DNA from: Cyanobacteriota bacterium
Lineage (GTDB): Bacteria; Cyanobacteriota; Cyanobacteriia; Cyanobacteriales; Microcoleaceae
NCBI GenBank assembly: GCA_043767465.1
Contig: JAYUGZ010000156.1
Location: forward strand, 2,857 to 66,856
Reading direction: 5' to 3'
DNA length: 64,000 nucleotides
This document shows, piece after piece, positions 19,694-30,238 of this stretch. Numbering within the stretch: the stretch's first letter is position 1; every line of letters starts with the position of its first letter. Made by a program: the position numbers and the translations under genes. The notes under the pieces are model-generated. The model was given only the letters and a program-made list of their open reading frames with translations, had not been told where the DNA came from and searched no databases.

Positions 19694-22210
19694 TCAGCTC
19701 AAGGCCGTATTGGGTTTTAGAGAACTCTTGCGTCTCGATCGTGACGCGCTCAAAAGCCAATAAGCGAGCAGTTTCACCCGGTCATTCACAACGAACCACG
19801 CCAAGGCATAGCCCCAAACGAACATCGCCCAACCCCAGCCGAGTGGTGTCATAAAGAGACCGTAAACCGCGATCAACGTCGCTAAAATTTGGGTTCCGAG
19901 TACGGCGATCCAGAGAATCTTTGCGGGAGGGATGGACCAGAACGGACCGCGTGTCCGCGTCAGGAAAATCGTCAGATGTCCAGCCACAGATAGTTTCAGA
20001 TACATCAAGGTCTGGATGTGGGCGCGATCGAGATGGAAGACGCGCTCAGCCAGATAAAACAGACCAAACGCGGCGACAACACCAATCGCTCCCAGCATGG
20101 TGGAAACCGTCAGCACCATCCGCATATCCCAGGACTCCGGCTGATCTTTGTACTGCACGTTGTCATAGGCAATGGACAGAATCGCGCCGTCGTTAAGCAA
20201 CGCTAGCAAGACAATCATCACCGCCGTCAAGGGATAGAAGTTGAAGAACAGGATCGCCAGCGTCATGAAGAACAGCACGCGCAGCGTCTCGGCGATGCGA
20301 TAGATTGCGTAACTGTTCATGCGTTGGAAAATGCGGCGGCTCTCCTTGATCGCATCAATAATCACCGACAGTCCCGGTGTCATCAAGACGATGTCTGCTG
20401 CTGCCCGTGCTGCATCGGTCGCGTCTGAAACGGCAATGCCACAGTCCGCCTGCTTCAGCGCCGGGGCATCATTCACACCATCGCCCGTCATCCCGACGAT
20501 GTGTCCGCGCTTTTGCAGGACATCCACAATGTGGAATTTGTGTTCAGGGAACACCTGGGCGAAACCGTCCGCTTTCTCGATCGCCTCCGCAGACTCATCC
20601 GTCGCCTGCTGCTTAACGTCGCCTAGGCTGCTAGCATCCAGGATGTTTGCACCCATCCCCAGTTTTGTAGCCGTTTCATGCGCGATCGCGAGGGCATCCC
20701 CCGTTACCATCTTGATCTGAACTCCCATTTTGCCTGCGGTGGCAATGGTTGACTTGGCATCGTCCCTTGGTGGATCGAACAATGGCAATACACCCACAAA
20801 CTGCCATTTGCCGTCACCATCAGCGCGAGCCACGCCCAACGAGCGAAAGCCACGCGCCGCGAAGTCGTTGACCGCCTTTTCGACTGCCTTTTTGTCAGTG
20901 GCTTTCCCTTGTCCAGCCTGTTCTGCTAGAGCCAAGATCACCTGCGGCGCACCCTTCGTCACTTTAAACACTTTGCCGTCCTTGCCCTTCACTGTCGCTT
21001 CAGTGCGTTTATGCACTGGGTCGAAGGGCTGAAAATGTTGGATCTCATAGCCCTGCATCGCGTCTTTACTCTTTAGTCCACCAATGACCGCCAGATCGAT
21101 GGTGTCGTTGTTTTCACTGCGCGATGCCAACGCGCCATCGAGAATCACTTGCTCGGCGGAAATATTGTTCGCGCAAAACGGATCGCCCAGCGTCAGTTTG
21201 TTTTGAGTTAGCGTGCCCGTCTTGTCCGCACACAACATATCCACACCTGCCAATTCCTCGATCGCCACTAGCTTGCTGACGATCGCTTGTTTCTTCGCGA
21301 GGAGGCGCGCCCCCACTGCCATCGTCACCGATAGCACGGTCGGCATCGCCACCGGAATTGCAGCTACGGTCAGCACCAGCGCGAACTGCAAGGTGGTCAG
21401 GAGCGGGTCGCCCCGCGAAATCGCGATCGTCACAATCAACGTTACCAGTGCCAGTGCGAGCAAGATCAGGTAGTTGCCGATCTTCAAAACCGCCTTTTGG
21501 AAGTGGCTCGTGGTGTGTGCCGTTTGTACCAGTTGCGCCGTCTTGCCGAAGTAGGTCTGCTCGCCCGTAGCATAGACGATCGCCCCAATTTCACCTTTAC
21601 GCACGATCGAGCCGGAAAAGACCGCCTCACCAGACTTGCGCGTAGCGGGCAACGATTCACCCGTCAGCGCGGACTGGTCTACCTCCACCGCGTCCCCCTC
21701 TAGGAGGCGTGCATCCGCTGGCACAACGTCACCTAATCGCAAGCGGATCGCATCCCCTGGTACCAACTCACGCGCTGGGGGTGTAGTCCACTTGCCATCC
21801 CGCTTCACCCGCGCTGTGACGGACAGCTTTGCCTTTAGGGCGGCGATCGCATTCCCCGCCTCGTGTTCTTCCCAAAAGCCAACTACGGCATTGGAAACTA
21901 GCAACAGCAGAATGATGAAAAAATCTGCCCAGTGTCTTACCACGCCTGACAGAATTACTGCCACCTCGATCATCCACGGAATCGGTCCCCAAAAATAGCT
22001 GAGGAATTTCAGGTATGGATTGGTTTTCTCTTCTTTAATCTCATTGGGTCCATACTGCTTCAGCCGTTTACTCGCCTCGTCTTGACTGAGACCTTCTGGC
22101 GATGACTCCAGTTTTGCCTCTAGTTGATCCATAGGCAGGGTTTTCAGATCGTCTTTCGGATCAGGACTTGCTTTGGGAGCTTTGGGTCGATCGGTAATGG
22201 GTTTCGTCAT
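19694..22210 (-). CDS. Plasma-membrane proton-efflux P-type ATPase (type IIIA)
   Basis: FWGPIPWMIE, DQSALTGES, AAIPVAMP, DKTGTLT, KGAPQ, MTGDGVNDAP, ALLND. Confidence 0.93.
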   Translation of the reverse strand: MTKPITDRPKAPKASPDPKDDLKTLPMDQLEAKLESSPEGLSQDEASKRLKQYGPNEIKEEKTNPYLKFLSYFWGPIPWMIEVAVILSGVVRHWADFFIILLLLVSNAVVGFWEEHEAGNAIAALKAKLSVTARVKRDGKWTTPPARELVPGDAIRLRLGDVVPADARLLEGDAVEVDQSALTGESLPATRKSGEAVFSGSIVRKGEIGAIVYATGEQTYFGKTAQLVQTAHTTSHFQKAVLKIGNYLILLALALVTLIVTIAISRGDPLLTTLQFALVLTVAAIPVAMPTVLSVTMAVGARLLAKKQAIVSKLVAIEELAGVDMLCADKTGTLTQNKLTLGDPFCANNISAEQVILDGALASRSENNDTIDLAVIGGLKSKDAMQGYEIQHFQPFDPVHKRTEATVKGKDGKVFKVTKGAPQVILALAEQAGQGKATDKKAVEKAVNDFAARGFRSLGVARADGDGKWQFVGVLPLFDPPRDDAKSTIATAGKMGVQIKMVTGDALAIAHETATKLGMGANILDASSLGDVKQQATDESAEAIEKADGFAQVFPEHKFHIVDVLQKRGHIVGMTGDGVNDAPALKQADCGIAVSDATDAARAAADIVLMTPGLSVIIDAIKESRRIFQRMNSYAIYRIAETLRVLFFMTLAILFFNFYPLTAVMIVLLALLNDGAILSIAYDNVQYKDQPESWDMRMVLTVSTMLGAIGVVAAFGLFYLAERVFHLDRAHIQTLMYLKLSVAGHLTIFLTRTRGPFWSIPPAKILWIAVLGTQILATLIAVYGLFMTPLGWGWAMFVWGYALAWFVVNDRVKLLAYWLLSASRSRRKSSLKPNTALS

Positions 22211-22263
22211 GGGTATTCCTTTGGTATTTATTTGATGGAACGTTTATGGGGAAAAGGTTTTTG

Positions 22264-23481
22264 TCACGATGGTTCGAGTCGGCTGTTACCGACCAAGCCG
22301 AGAACACAACATACAGACTTGGCGATCGTGAATGCTTCATCCGTGGGCATCACGCGGACATTAACCCGACTGGTTTCCATCGAAATCACGCCCTGATTCG
22401 CCACATTTCGCCCTTCGTTGAGTTCGATGCCCAGGAAGCCTAAGCCATCGCAAATCCGGCTGCGGACTGTGGGGGCATTCTCCCCGATGCCCCCTGCAAA
22501 CACTAATGTGTCCACGCCGCCCAATGCCGCCGCAAAAGCACCGATCCATTTCTTCACCTGGTAACAAAACAGCGCGATCGCTTCAGCCGCACGAACATCT
22601 TCCAGTTCGAGATCGAGCAAGTCACGCATGTCGGCACTGGTTTCGGATATACCCAGTAACCCAGACTGGAAATGAACCATCTCATTGAATTGCTTGACGC
22701 TCATTTGTTCGGTGCGCGCCAGATAACCTAACAGCCCCGGATCGAGATCGCCGGAGCGCGTACTCATCGGCACCCCAGCGGTTGGGGTAAAGCTCATGCT
22801 GGTGTCCACAGGTTTGCCGTGATGCACCGCCGCCAGACTCGCGCCATTCCCCAGGTGAGCGAGGATCACCCGACCGTGTGCCGCTGCCGTTCCGTCCAGG
22901 CGGGACAGTTCTGCCATCAGGAACGCATAGGACAACCCGTGAAACCCGTATCGTCGCACGCCCTGTGCTTCGTAACGGCGTGGGATGGCTAACATCTGGG
23001 CGACGCGCGGCAAGTCATGGTGAAACGCCGTGTCGAAACAGGCAACTTGGGGCAGATATGGAAAGCGGTGGTGAAATGCCTCTGTCAACTGGATCTCCTC
23101 CGGCAGATGTTCAGGGTCGAAGGGACTGATCCGGTGCAGTTCCTCAAGCATTGCCGGAGTGATGCGCTGGGGCTGGCTATAGGTCGGCCCTCCATGCACG
23201 ATCCGATGCCCCACCGCAGTCAAGGCATCACGCCCACAATGTCCCTCCAGCCAATCCATGAGAATGGCAACTGCCGCCGTGTAATCCGATGCCGCGATCA
23301 ATCGTGATACGTTGTCTGCCGGATTTACCCCTTTAACCTGCAAGGTCGCATCCGGTAGCCCAATCCGATCGATCCCACCTGCTAGCATCCGGTGGAGAGA
23401 GTCGCCAAACTCGAACAACGCGAACTTGATGCTCGATGAGCCGCCATTGATTGTTAGGATCGGTGGTTTTGTGGGTTTCAT
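22264..23481 (-). CDS. ackA: Acetate/propionate kinase
   Basis: INGGSSSIKF, VGHRIVHGG, FDTAFH, RRYGFHGLS, HLGNGAS, GGIGEN. Confidence 0.93.
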   Translation of the reverse strand: MKPTKPPILTINGGSSSIKFALFEFGDSLHRMLAGGIDRIGLPDATLQVKGVNPADNVSRLIAASDYTAAVAILMDWLEGHCGRDALTAVGHRIVHGGPTYSQPQRITPAMLEELHRISPFDPEHLPEEIQLTEAFHHRFPYLPQVACFDTAFHHDLPRVAQMLAIPRRYEAQGVRRYGFHGLSYAFLMAELSRLDGTAAAHGRVILAHLGNGASLAAVHHGKPVDTSMSFTPTAGVPMSTRSGDLDPGLLGYLARTEQMSVKQFNEMVHFQSGLLGISETSADMRDLLDLELEDVRAAEAIALFCYQVKKWIGAFAAALGGVDTLVFAGGIGENAPTVRSRICDGLGFLGIELNEGRNVANQGVISMETSRVNVRVMPTDEAFTIAKSVCCVLGLVGNSRLEPS

Positions 23482-25709
23482 TCGGACTCCATTAAGGTAA
23501 TTGGCGATCGTTGCTCAGGTATGCGTCGAGACAGCAGGATGACACTCGATCGGGGGCTGAGAGGATACGTTTGTGGATCGTTCCAAAGCGGTTCCTCCCC
23601 CGCAGCAAACAAATCGTGGGGCGCTTTGCCAGCGGTATCGACAGCTAGATGCCACTGAGTCCCCGGCAGTGCTGGGGGCAACCTGAAAGCCACGGCATCT
23701 GTGCCAGTATTGAACAACAGGCAAAGTGCGTGCTGTTCATCTTCATGGATCAGACAGGCAAACTGCTTTGCCTTCGCGTCGAACCAGTTGGGCAAGCCGC
23801 CTTGGGGAGCAAACCACTGGAGAGCGGCATCGGTATAGAACTGCTCCTGACTGAGAATCGGATGGGCACACCGAAAGGCGATCAGTCCACAGGTGAAGCG
23901 AAAAATCTCCTGGTGCTGTTCCAGACTGCGCCAGTCATGCCAACTCGTTTCGTTATCCTGGCAGTAGGCGTTATTGTTGCCGCCTTGGGTGCGGCGAAAT
24001 TCGTCCCCGCCGAGCAGCATGGGCACACCGCGCGAGATCAGCAGGGTGAGCAGGAAATTCTTGATCTGGCGTTTTCGGATGGACGTAATCTCAGCATCCG
24101 TCGTCTCGCCTTCCACGCCGTAGTTCTCGCTGTAATTAGCGTCACTGCCGTCCTGGTTGTTTTCTCCGTTGGCTTCATTGTGCTTGTCGCGATAGCTCAC
24201 CAGGTCGTTGAGTGTAAAGCCATCGTGACAGGTGACGAAATTGATGCTGCCATCGGGACCCTTGCCAGAGCGGGTGTAGATGTCAGCACTACCGCAGAGG
24301 CGGCTGGCAAACAAACCTAGCATCCCCTCATCGCCCCGCCAGAACCGCCGCACATCGTCTCGGTAGCGACCGTTCCATTCCGACCAGCGCCGCTCTGAAA
24401 AACTACCCACCTCATACGCACCAGCGGCATCCCACGCTTCAGCGATGATTTTCACGTCTCTTAAGATCGGGTCTTCGGCAATTCGTTCCAGCAAGGGGGC
24501 ATTAGTGAGCAAGTTGCCCGATTCATCTCGACCGAGTATCGATGCCAGGTCAAACCGGAAGCCATCCACGTGCATCTCAAGTACCCAATAACGCAACGCG
24601 GTCAAGATGTGGTCTCGCACTACCGGATGGTTGGCGTTGACGGTGTTGCCTGTCCCCGTATAGTTCTTGTAGTAGCGTTTGTCGCCTTCCAGGGTGTAAA
24701 AAATCGCGTTAGCCATGCCACGAAAACAGAGCGTTGGCCCCAGTTCGTTACCCTCTGCCGTGTGATTGAATACCACATCCAGAATCACTTCGATATCTGC
24801 CTGGTGAAACGCCCGCACCATTTCCTTGAACTCCAGTTTCTGCTGCCCCAAGCCGCCCGCACTGCTATAGGATGCTTTGGGTGCAAAGAAAACCACCGGA
24901 TCGTAGCCCCAGTAATTCTTCAGCGGTTGGTTCGTTTGTGGATTGCGGCGCGGGATAGTTGTGTCATTGAACTCCTGGACGGGCATCAGTTCCACAGCAG
25001 TAACACCCAGGGTTTTGAGATAAGGAATCTTTGCCATCAGCCCGCGATAGGTGCCCGGATGCTCCACGCCCGACGTGGGATGAATGGTAAAGCCACGCAG
25101 ATGCAGTTCATAGATTATGGTCTTCGACCACGGATGCTGGGGTGGACGGTCTCCCTCCCACTCGAAGGACTCGTTGAGAAAGATACATTTTGGCATCGAC
25201 CCGGCATTGTCTAAGGTTGAGAAAGACAAGTCCTGCTCTGGTGTCAATGGGTCATAGCCGCGTGCTGCTGCAAACGCCCAGGTCGGCAGTTGCGAAATCG
25301 CGATCGCACAGGGATCGAGGAGCAGCCGATTGAAATTGAACCGATGCCCTTCACTGGGTGCGTAAAGTCCATCCACGCGGTAGGCATAGAATTGACCGGA
25401 ACTGATTCCCTTCACCCAAACGTGCCAGACATCGCCAGTACGATGGCACGCGGCATCAAGATCGATCGACCGGGCAGGCACGGCATCTTCGGGATGGTCA
25501 AACAATTCGAGTCGAACGCGGCTGGCATCTCGGCTGAAAAGGGCGAAATTTACCCCTCCGCCCGTTTCCTGGGTGCCAAACGGCAAGGGAGAACCCACCT
25601 GCACGTCAGCGCGGGCGGATATCTCCGAGATATAGTCTTGCAGTTCGCGTTGAGGCTCTTTCATCATGGTTGCTATGGGTATATAGTCGGTAAAAACGTC
25701 AGCAGCCAT
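23478..25709 (-). CDS. glgX: Glycogen debranching enzyme (GH13)
   Basis: NYWGYDP, DVVFNHTAEG, VDGFRFDLA, IAEAWD, FVTCHDGFTL, GNNNAYCQDN. Confidence 0.95.
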   Translation of the reverse strand: MAADVFTDYIPIATMMKEPQRELQDYISEISARADVQVGSPLPFGTQETGGGVNFALFSRDASRVRLELFDHPEDAVPARSIDLDAACHRTGDVWHVWVKGISSGQFYAYRVDGLYAPSEGHRFNFNRLLLDPCAIAISQLPTWAFAAARGYDPLTPEQDLSFSTLDNAGSMPKCIFLNESFEWEGDRPPQHPWSKTIIYELHLRGFTIHPTSGVEHPGTYRGLMAKIPYLKTLGVTAVELMPVQEFNDTTIPRRNPQTNQPLKNYWGYDPVVFFAPKASYSSAGGLGQQKLEFKEMVRAFHQADIEVILDVVFNHTAEGNELGPTLCFRGMANAIFYTLEGDKRYYKNYTGTGNTVNANHPVVRDHILTALRYWVLEMHVDGFRFDLASILGRDESGNLLTNAPLLERIAEDPILRDVKIIAEAWDAAGAYEVGSFSERRWSEWNGRYRDDVRRFWRGDEGMLGLFASRLCGSADIYTRSGKGPDGSINFVTCHDGFTLNDLVSYRDKHNEANGENNQDGSDANYSENYGVEGETTDAEITSIRKRQIKNFLLTLLISRGVPMLLGGDEFRRTQGGNNNAYCQDNETSWHDWRSLEQHQEIFRFTCGLIAFRCAHPILSQEQFYTDAALQWFAPQGGLPNWFDAKAKQFACLIHEDEQHALCLLFNTGTDAVAFRLPPALPGTQWHLAVDTAGKAPHDLFAAGEEPLWNDPQTYPLSPRSSVILLSRRIPEQRSPITLMESE

Positions 25710-26006
25710 GTAAGTAGGGAGGCGGCGTGTTTGCTCAAAAGCACTTGCTGGTAGTTGGATCGTGCCTTACTATCAAGGCTCTACAACCCCTATGCGGCCA
25801 TTAACTACTTGATTTGGGATCGCGCTTTCCGGTGCTTTGGGATGTAATCGCGATCGGCGTTCCCGCTTCAAGTTGATAGCCAAATAATGGATGAGAGTTA
25901 ATTGTTTTCATTTCAATGACCTCAATGAGTTAGACACTTGAATTTGATAACCGTAATTTTTTTCTGAACTAGCCTTTCAATTTGCAATCCTCTATTCAAA
26001 AATTAA

Positions 26007-28550
26007 TCATCGCTGCCACAGGATTCGTCTTGCTTCCAGTGGGATCGCAACGCCGTCGCAGTGGGGTACAACCCGTGCCGTATAGTCGCTGGCTGGGCGG
26101 GTTGCAGGCACTTGGGCGCTAAAAATACCACCGTTGATATCGGGCAATGGGTGATGGCACGTCATCCCCTGTCGCTCCTTGTCGCCACTGTTCGCTCCGT
26201 TGACGTATAGCTCTGCCCGTACAAGGGTCGGGTCAAGCTTGCCGAAAGAGATTTCAGTGGTGAATGTGTGAGTCTCGGCGTTGCTCACCACCTGCATTTC
26301 GCCAAAGCGAAGTGTGTTCCATTGCTGGTTTAGATCGTGCTGCCAATCAACAATTTGTCTGCCCTCTGCGCCGTTGTTCGCCGTGCGATCGCAGTAGGTC
26401 GTTGCTGCCGGAAGGTAATACTGCTCGGTATAAGCCTGCACCGTGCGGTTTGCGGAGAATCGGGGTGTCAATTGCGCCATGCTGTTTCGCATCCGCTTGA
26501 CCCAGGCGGTGGGGATGCCGCTGTCGTCGCGGGTATAAAACTCCGGGATCACTTCCTGCTCTAGCAGATCGTAGAGCGCGTTGGCTTCAACCGCGTCCCA
26601 GGCAGGATCGTTGCCATGTTCCTGACCATCCCCCAACGCCCACCCGACTTCAGGACTGTAGGCTTCCGCCCACCAACCATCCAACTCAGAGATATTGATA
26701 CCGCCATTGACGAGCACCTTCATACCGCTTGTACCGCAGGCTTCCCAGGGTCGCCGTGGCGTGTTAATCCACACATCCACCCCCTGCACCAGATGCTCGG
26801 TCAGCATCATGTCATAGTCACTGAGAAAGATGGCATGGGGGCGCGTCTGGGGTTGCCGGATGAACTGTACCCATTCCTGAATCAGGGCTTGCCCCGCCTG
26901 GTCTGCCGGGTGTGCTTTGCCAGCGATGATCAGTTGTACTGGGCGCTGTGGATTGCTCAAGAGACGCAGCAGGCGATCGCGATCATGCAACAGCAGGTTT
27001 GGTCGTTTGTAGGTGGCAAAGCGACGGGCAAAGCCCAGTGTTAAGGCATTGGGATCGAAGAGATGCCTCGCTTGCTCAACCGTCTCGGTCGAAGCACCAG
27101 CAGCGGCATAGTGCTGGGCTAAACGCTGGCGTGCATATTCCACTAGAGATTTGCTGGCAGCGAGGCGAAATTGCCAAAGGATGTGGTCGGAAACGCAGCG
27201 AATATCCTGTTCAAGGGTTTCCGTCATGCCCAACCAGCGGTCTTTGCCACAGGCTTTCGTCCAGAGATCGTCGGATGCAGCCGAGTCCCACGTTGGCATA
27301 TGGACACCGTTGGTCACATAGCCAATGGGTACTTCGGACTCCGGCCAGCGGGGAAAAAGTGGCTCAAAAAGTTGCCGACTGACTTTTCCATGCAAACGAC
27401 TCACGCCATTCACTGCCCCGCTGCCCCGGACGGCTAAATAAGCCATATTGAAAGGCTCCGACGAATCATTGGGATTCTGGCGACCCAGAGCCAGCAAGTC
27501 GTGGACTGTAATGCCTAGCTTGTCCTGGGCATAACCGCCGAGGTACTGTTCGATGAGCGCTGGATCGAAGCGGTCAAAGCCAGCCGCTACTGCCGTGTGG
27601 GTGGTGAACAGGTTTCCCGATCGCGTGGCAGCTAGGGCAACGTCAAAGGGCTGCTTGTTTGCTTGCATGAAGCTATGGGCGCGTTCCAAAATGGCGAACG
27701 CCGCGTGGCCTTCATTGAGATGACAGACTTCGGGTTGGATGTTCAGGGCAGCGAGCAATCGCCAGCCACCAATGCCCAGCAGCATTTCTTGCTGGAGGCG
27801 TAACTCTGGGCCGCCACCATACAGCTCGCTGGTAATGCCGCGATGGGCAGGAAAGTTCGCTGCGTCATTGCTGTCTAGCAGGTAAAGTTTGACTCTGCCA
27901 ACCTGAACCTGCCAGGCGCGTAGCCAAACCGAGTAACCAGGTAAAACGATCTCTAGCCGCAACCATTCGCCGTTCGGATGGCGCAACGGCGAAATCGGCA
28001 ACTGTCCAGGGTCATTGTAGGGATAGAGGGCTTGCTGCGCGCCATCCTTGTCAATCACCTGACGAAAATAGCCCTGCTGGTAGAGCAATCCCACACCCAC
28101 CACTGGCACGCCCAGGTCACTGGCGGCTTTAAGCTGATCGCCAGCGACATTGCCGAGTCCACCTGAGTAAATGGGCAACGCTTCACTCAACATGAATTCC
28201 ATGCTGAAATACGCGACACATTTCAAGGGAGAGTTCGGGTAAGTTTCCTGATACCAGGCGGGGTTCGCCAATACTTGCCGCTGGGTCTGCACTAGGTCAT
28301 CCACCTGTTGGCGAAACCCTGGATTAGCTAACACTCGCTCAATGCGATCGCGGGAGACGGTCTGGAGGATAGCCCAAGGGTTTTGGGTCATCTCCCAAAG
28401 CACAGGATCGAGCTGCCGCCACACTTCATCGGTGGTATGATTCCACGACCAGCGCATATCTAGAGCCAGTTCTGCGAGGGAGTCGAAGCCCTCGATATCT
28501 GTCGGGAAAAAACGGTTGTTCGACATACTCAAAGGTGTTTTTGGACTCAT
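26007..28550 (-). CDS. glgP: Alpha-glucan (glycogen) phosphorylase
   Basis: YFSMEF, YSGGLG, HLNEGH, FARRFATYKR, EACGTSGMK (PLP lysine), LDGWW. Confidence 0.95.
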   Translation of the reverse strand: MSPKTPLSMSNNRFFPTDIEGFDSLAELALDMRWSWNHTTDEVWRQLDPVLWEMTQNPWAILQTVSRDRIERVLANPGFRQQVDDLVQTQRQVLANPAWYQETYPNSPLKCVAYFSMEFMLSEALPIYSGGLGNVAGDQLKAASDLGVPVVGVGLLYQQGYFRQVIDKDGAQQALYPYNDPGQLPISPLRHPNGEWLRLEIVLPGYSVWLRAWQVQVGRVKLYLLDSNDAANFPAHRGITSELYGGGPELRLQQEMLLGIGGWRLLAALNIQPEVCHLNEGHAAFAILERAHSFMQANKQPFDVALAATRSGNLFTTHTAVAAGFDRFDPALIEQYLGGYAQDKLGITVHDLLALGRQNPNDSSEPFNMAYLAVRGSGAVNGVSRLHGKVSRQLFEPLFPRWPESEVPIGYVTNGVHMPTWDSAASDDLWTKACGKDRWLGMTETLEQDIRCVSDHILWQFRLAASKSLVEYARQRLAQHYAAAGASTETVEQARHLFDPNALTLGFARRFATYKRPNLLLHDRDRLLRLLSNPQRPVQLIIAGKAHPADQAGQALIQEWVQFIRQPQTRPHAIFLSDYDMMLTEHLVQGVDVWINTPRRPWEACGTSGMKVLVNGGINISELDGWWAEAYSPEVGWALGDGQEHGNDPAWDAVEANALYDLLEQEVIPEFYTRDDSGIPTAWVKRMRNSMAQLTPRFSANRTVQAYTEQYYLPAATTYCDRTANNGAEGRQIVDWQHDLNQQWNTLRFGEMQVVSNAETHTFTTEISFGKLDPTLVRAELYVNGANSGDKERQGMTCHHPLPDINGGIFSAQVPATRPASDYTARVVPHCDGVAIPLEARRILWQR

Positions 28551-30238
28551 GGGTTCTCCTTTATGCTTGGCTCGGCCGTAATTCCTGGCTTCTGAGGTGA
28601 TGCTAAAGTAGCAGTGACGATCGTTTGCGCTGCCTCAAGGATTTGACGCAGATGCTCTGCTCCCCGGAAGCTCTCGGCATAGATCTTGTTAATCGGCTCG
28701 GTGCCTGACGGACGCGCAGCGAACCAGCCATTTTCGGTCACTACTTTCAATCCACCGATGGGAGCACCGTTACCCGGTGCATGGGTGAGGATCGTCTGGA
28801 TTTTTTCGCCCGCTAGTTCGGTGAGCGTCACCTGGGGCGGTGAAAGGTTTGCCAACCGTTTCTTTTCCTCTGGCGTAGCAGGTGCCTGAATGCGATCGTA
28901 GGCGGGTTCACCAAACTCGTGAGTAAGTTTCTGGTAGATTTCGCCGAGATCGCAATCCGTTCTTGCCATGATTTCCGCTGCCAGCAAACAGGGAACAAAG
29001 CCGTCCTTGTCCGTTGTCCAGACGCTGCCATCTAGACGAGCAAACACCGAACCCGCACTCTCTTCGCCCGCAAAGCCCAGCGAGCCATCCAGCAAGCCTT
29101 CCACAAACCACTTAAAGCCAACCGGCACCTCAAAGAGCTGACGACCGAGCCATCCAGCAAGCCGATCGATCATCTGGCTGCTCACGATCGTTTTGCCGAT
29201 CGCCATTGGCTCGTGCCACTGCGGTCTGTTTTGAAAAAGATAGGAAATCGCCGCACAGAGGTCATGATTAGGCGGCAGCAAGCCTTCGCGTTTGGTCACA
29301 ATCCCATGGCGATCGTAGTCGGTGTCGCAGGCGAAGGACAGATCAAAGCGATCCTTCATCCCAATCAGTCGTTGCATCGCATAGGGCGAAGAGGGATCCA
29401 TCCGAATCTGACCATCCCAATCCACTGTCATGAAACGAAAGGTGGGATCGATCGTTTCATTGACAACCGTCAGGTTCAAACCATAGCGCTCCGCGATTCG
29501 CCCCCAGTAGTGGACACCGGCACCGCCAAGCGGATCGACACCGAGATGGATCGTTGCACTGCGAATACTGTCCAGGTCGATCGCCTTGTCCAGGTCATTG
29601 ACGTAGGCGGTTACATAGTCGTGTCGGTGCGTCGTGGCCGATCGCAGAGCCTGCTCGTAGGGTATACGTTTCACGCCCTGAAGTCGGGCTTCCAGCAGCC
29701 CATTTGCCGTCGCTTCAATCCAATCAGTGATGCTGGTGTCGGCTGGGCCGCCACTGGGTGGGTTGTATTTGAAGCCACCGTCATGGGGCGGATTGTGGGA
29801 GGGTGTGATTACAATCCCATCGGCGAATCCGCTTCTTCGCTGGCGGTTGTAGGTCAGGATCGCATGGGAAATCACTGGGGTTGGGGTGTATTCATCGCCT
29901 TCAGCAAGCATCACTTCGACACCATTTGCTGCCAGCACCTCAAGCGCAGTGGCGCAAGCCGGAACGGAAAGCGCGTGCGTATCAATGCCGAGATACAGCG
30001 GGCCAGTGATTTTTTGTCGCGTGCGGTAGAGGCAAATCGCCTGGGTAATCGCGAGAATGTGCCATTCGTTGAAAGCCAGTTTGAAGGATGAGCCACGATG
30101 CCCGGAGGTGCCGAACGTCACTCGTTGTTCTGGTACGGACGGGTCAGGAACCTCGGTGTAGTAGGCGGTGATAAGCCGTGGCACATCGACTAATAGTTCC
30201 AAGGGTGCAGGCTTTCCAGCCAAGGGACTTGTCTTCAT
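28547..30238 (-). CDS. pgm: Phosphoglucomutase
   Basis: FGTSGHRGSS, ITPSHNPP, CDTDYDRHG, GEESAG, RPSGTE. Confidence 0.93.
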   Translation of the reverse strand: MKTSPLAGKPAPLELLVDVPRLITAYYTEVPDPSVPEQRVTFGTSGHRGSSFKLAFNEWHILAITQAICLYRTRQKITGPLYLGIDTHALSVPACATALEVLAANGVEVMLAEGDEYTPTPVISHAILTYNRQRRSGFADGIVITPSHNPPHDGGFKYNPPSGGPADTSITDWIEATANGLLEARLQGVKRIPYEQALRSATTHRHDYVTAYVNDLDKAIDLDSIRSATIHLGVDPLGGAGVHYWGRIAERYGLNLTVVNETIDPTFRFMTVDWDGQIRMDPSSPYAMQRLIGMKDRFDLSFACDTDYDRHGIVTKREGLLPPNHDLCAAISYLFQNRPQWHEPMAIGKTIVSSQMIDRLAGWLGRQLFEVPVGFKWFVEGLLDGSLGFAGEESAGSVFARLDGSVWTTDKDGFVPCLLAAEIMARTDCDLGEIYQKLTHEFGEPAYDRIQAPATPEEKKRLANLSPPQVTLTELAGEKIQTILTHAPGNGAPIGGLKVVTENGWFAARPSGTEPINKIYAESFRGAEHLRQILEAAQTIVTATLASPQKPGITAEPSIKENP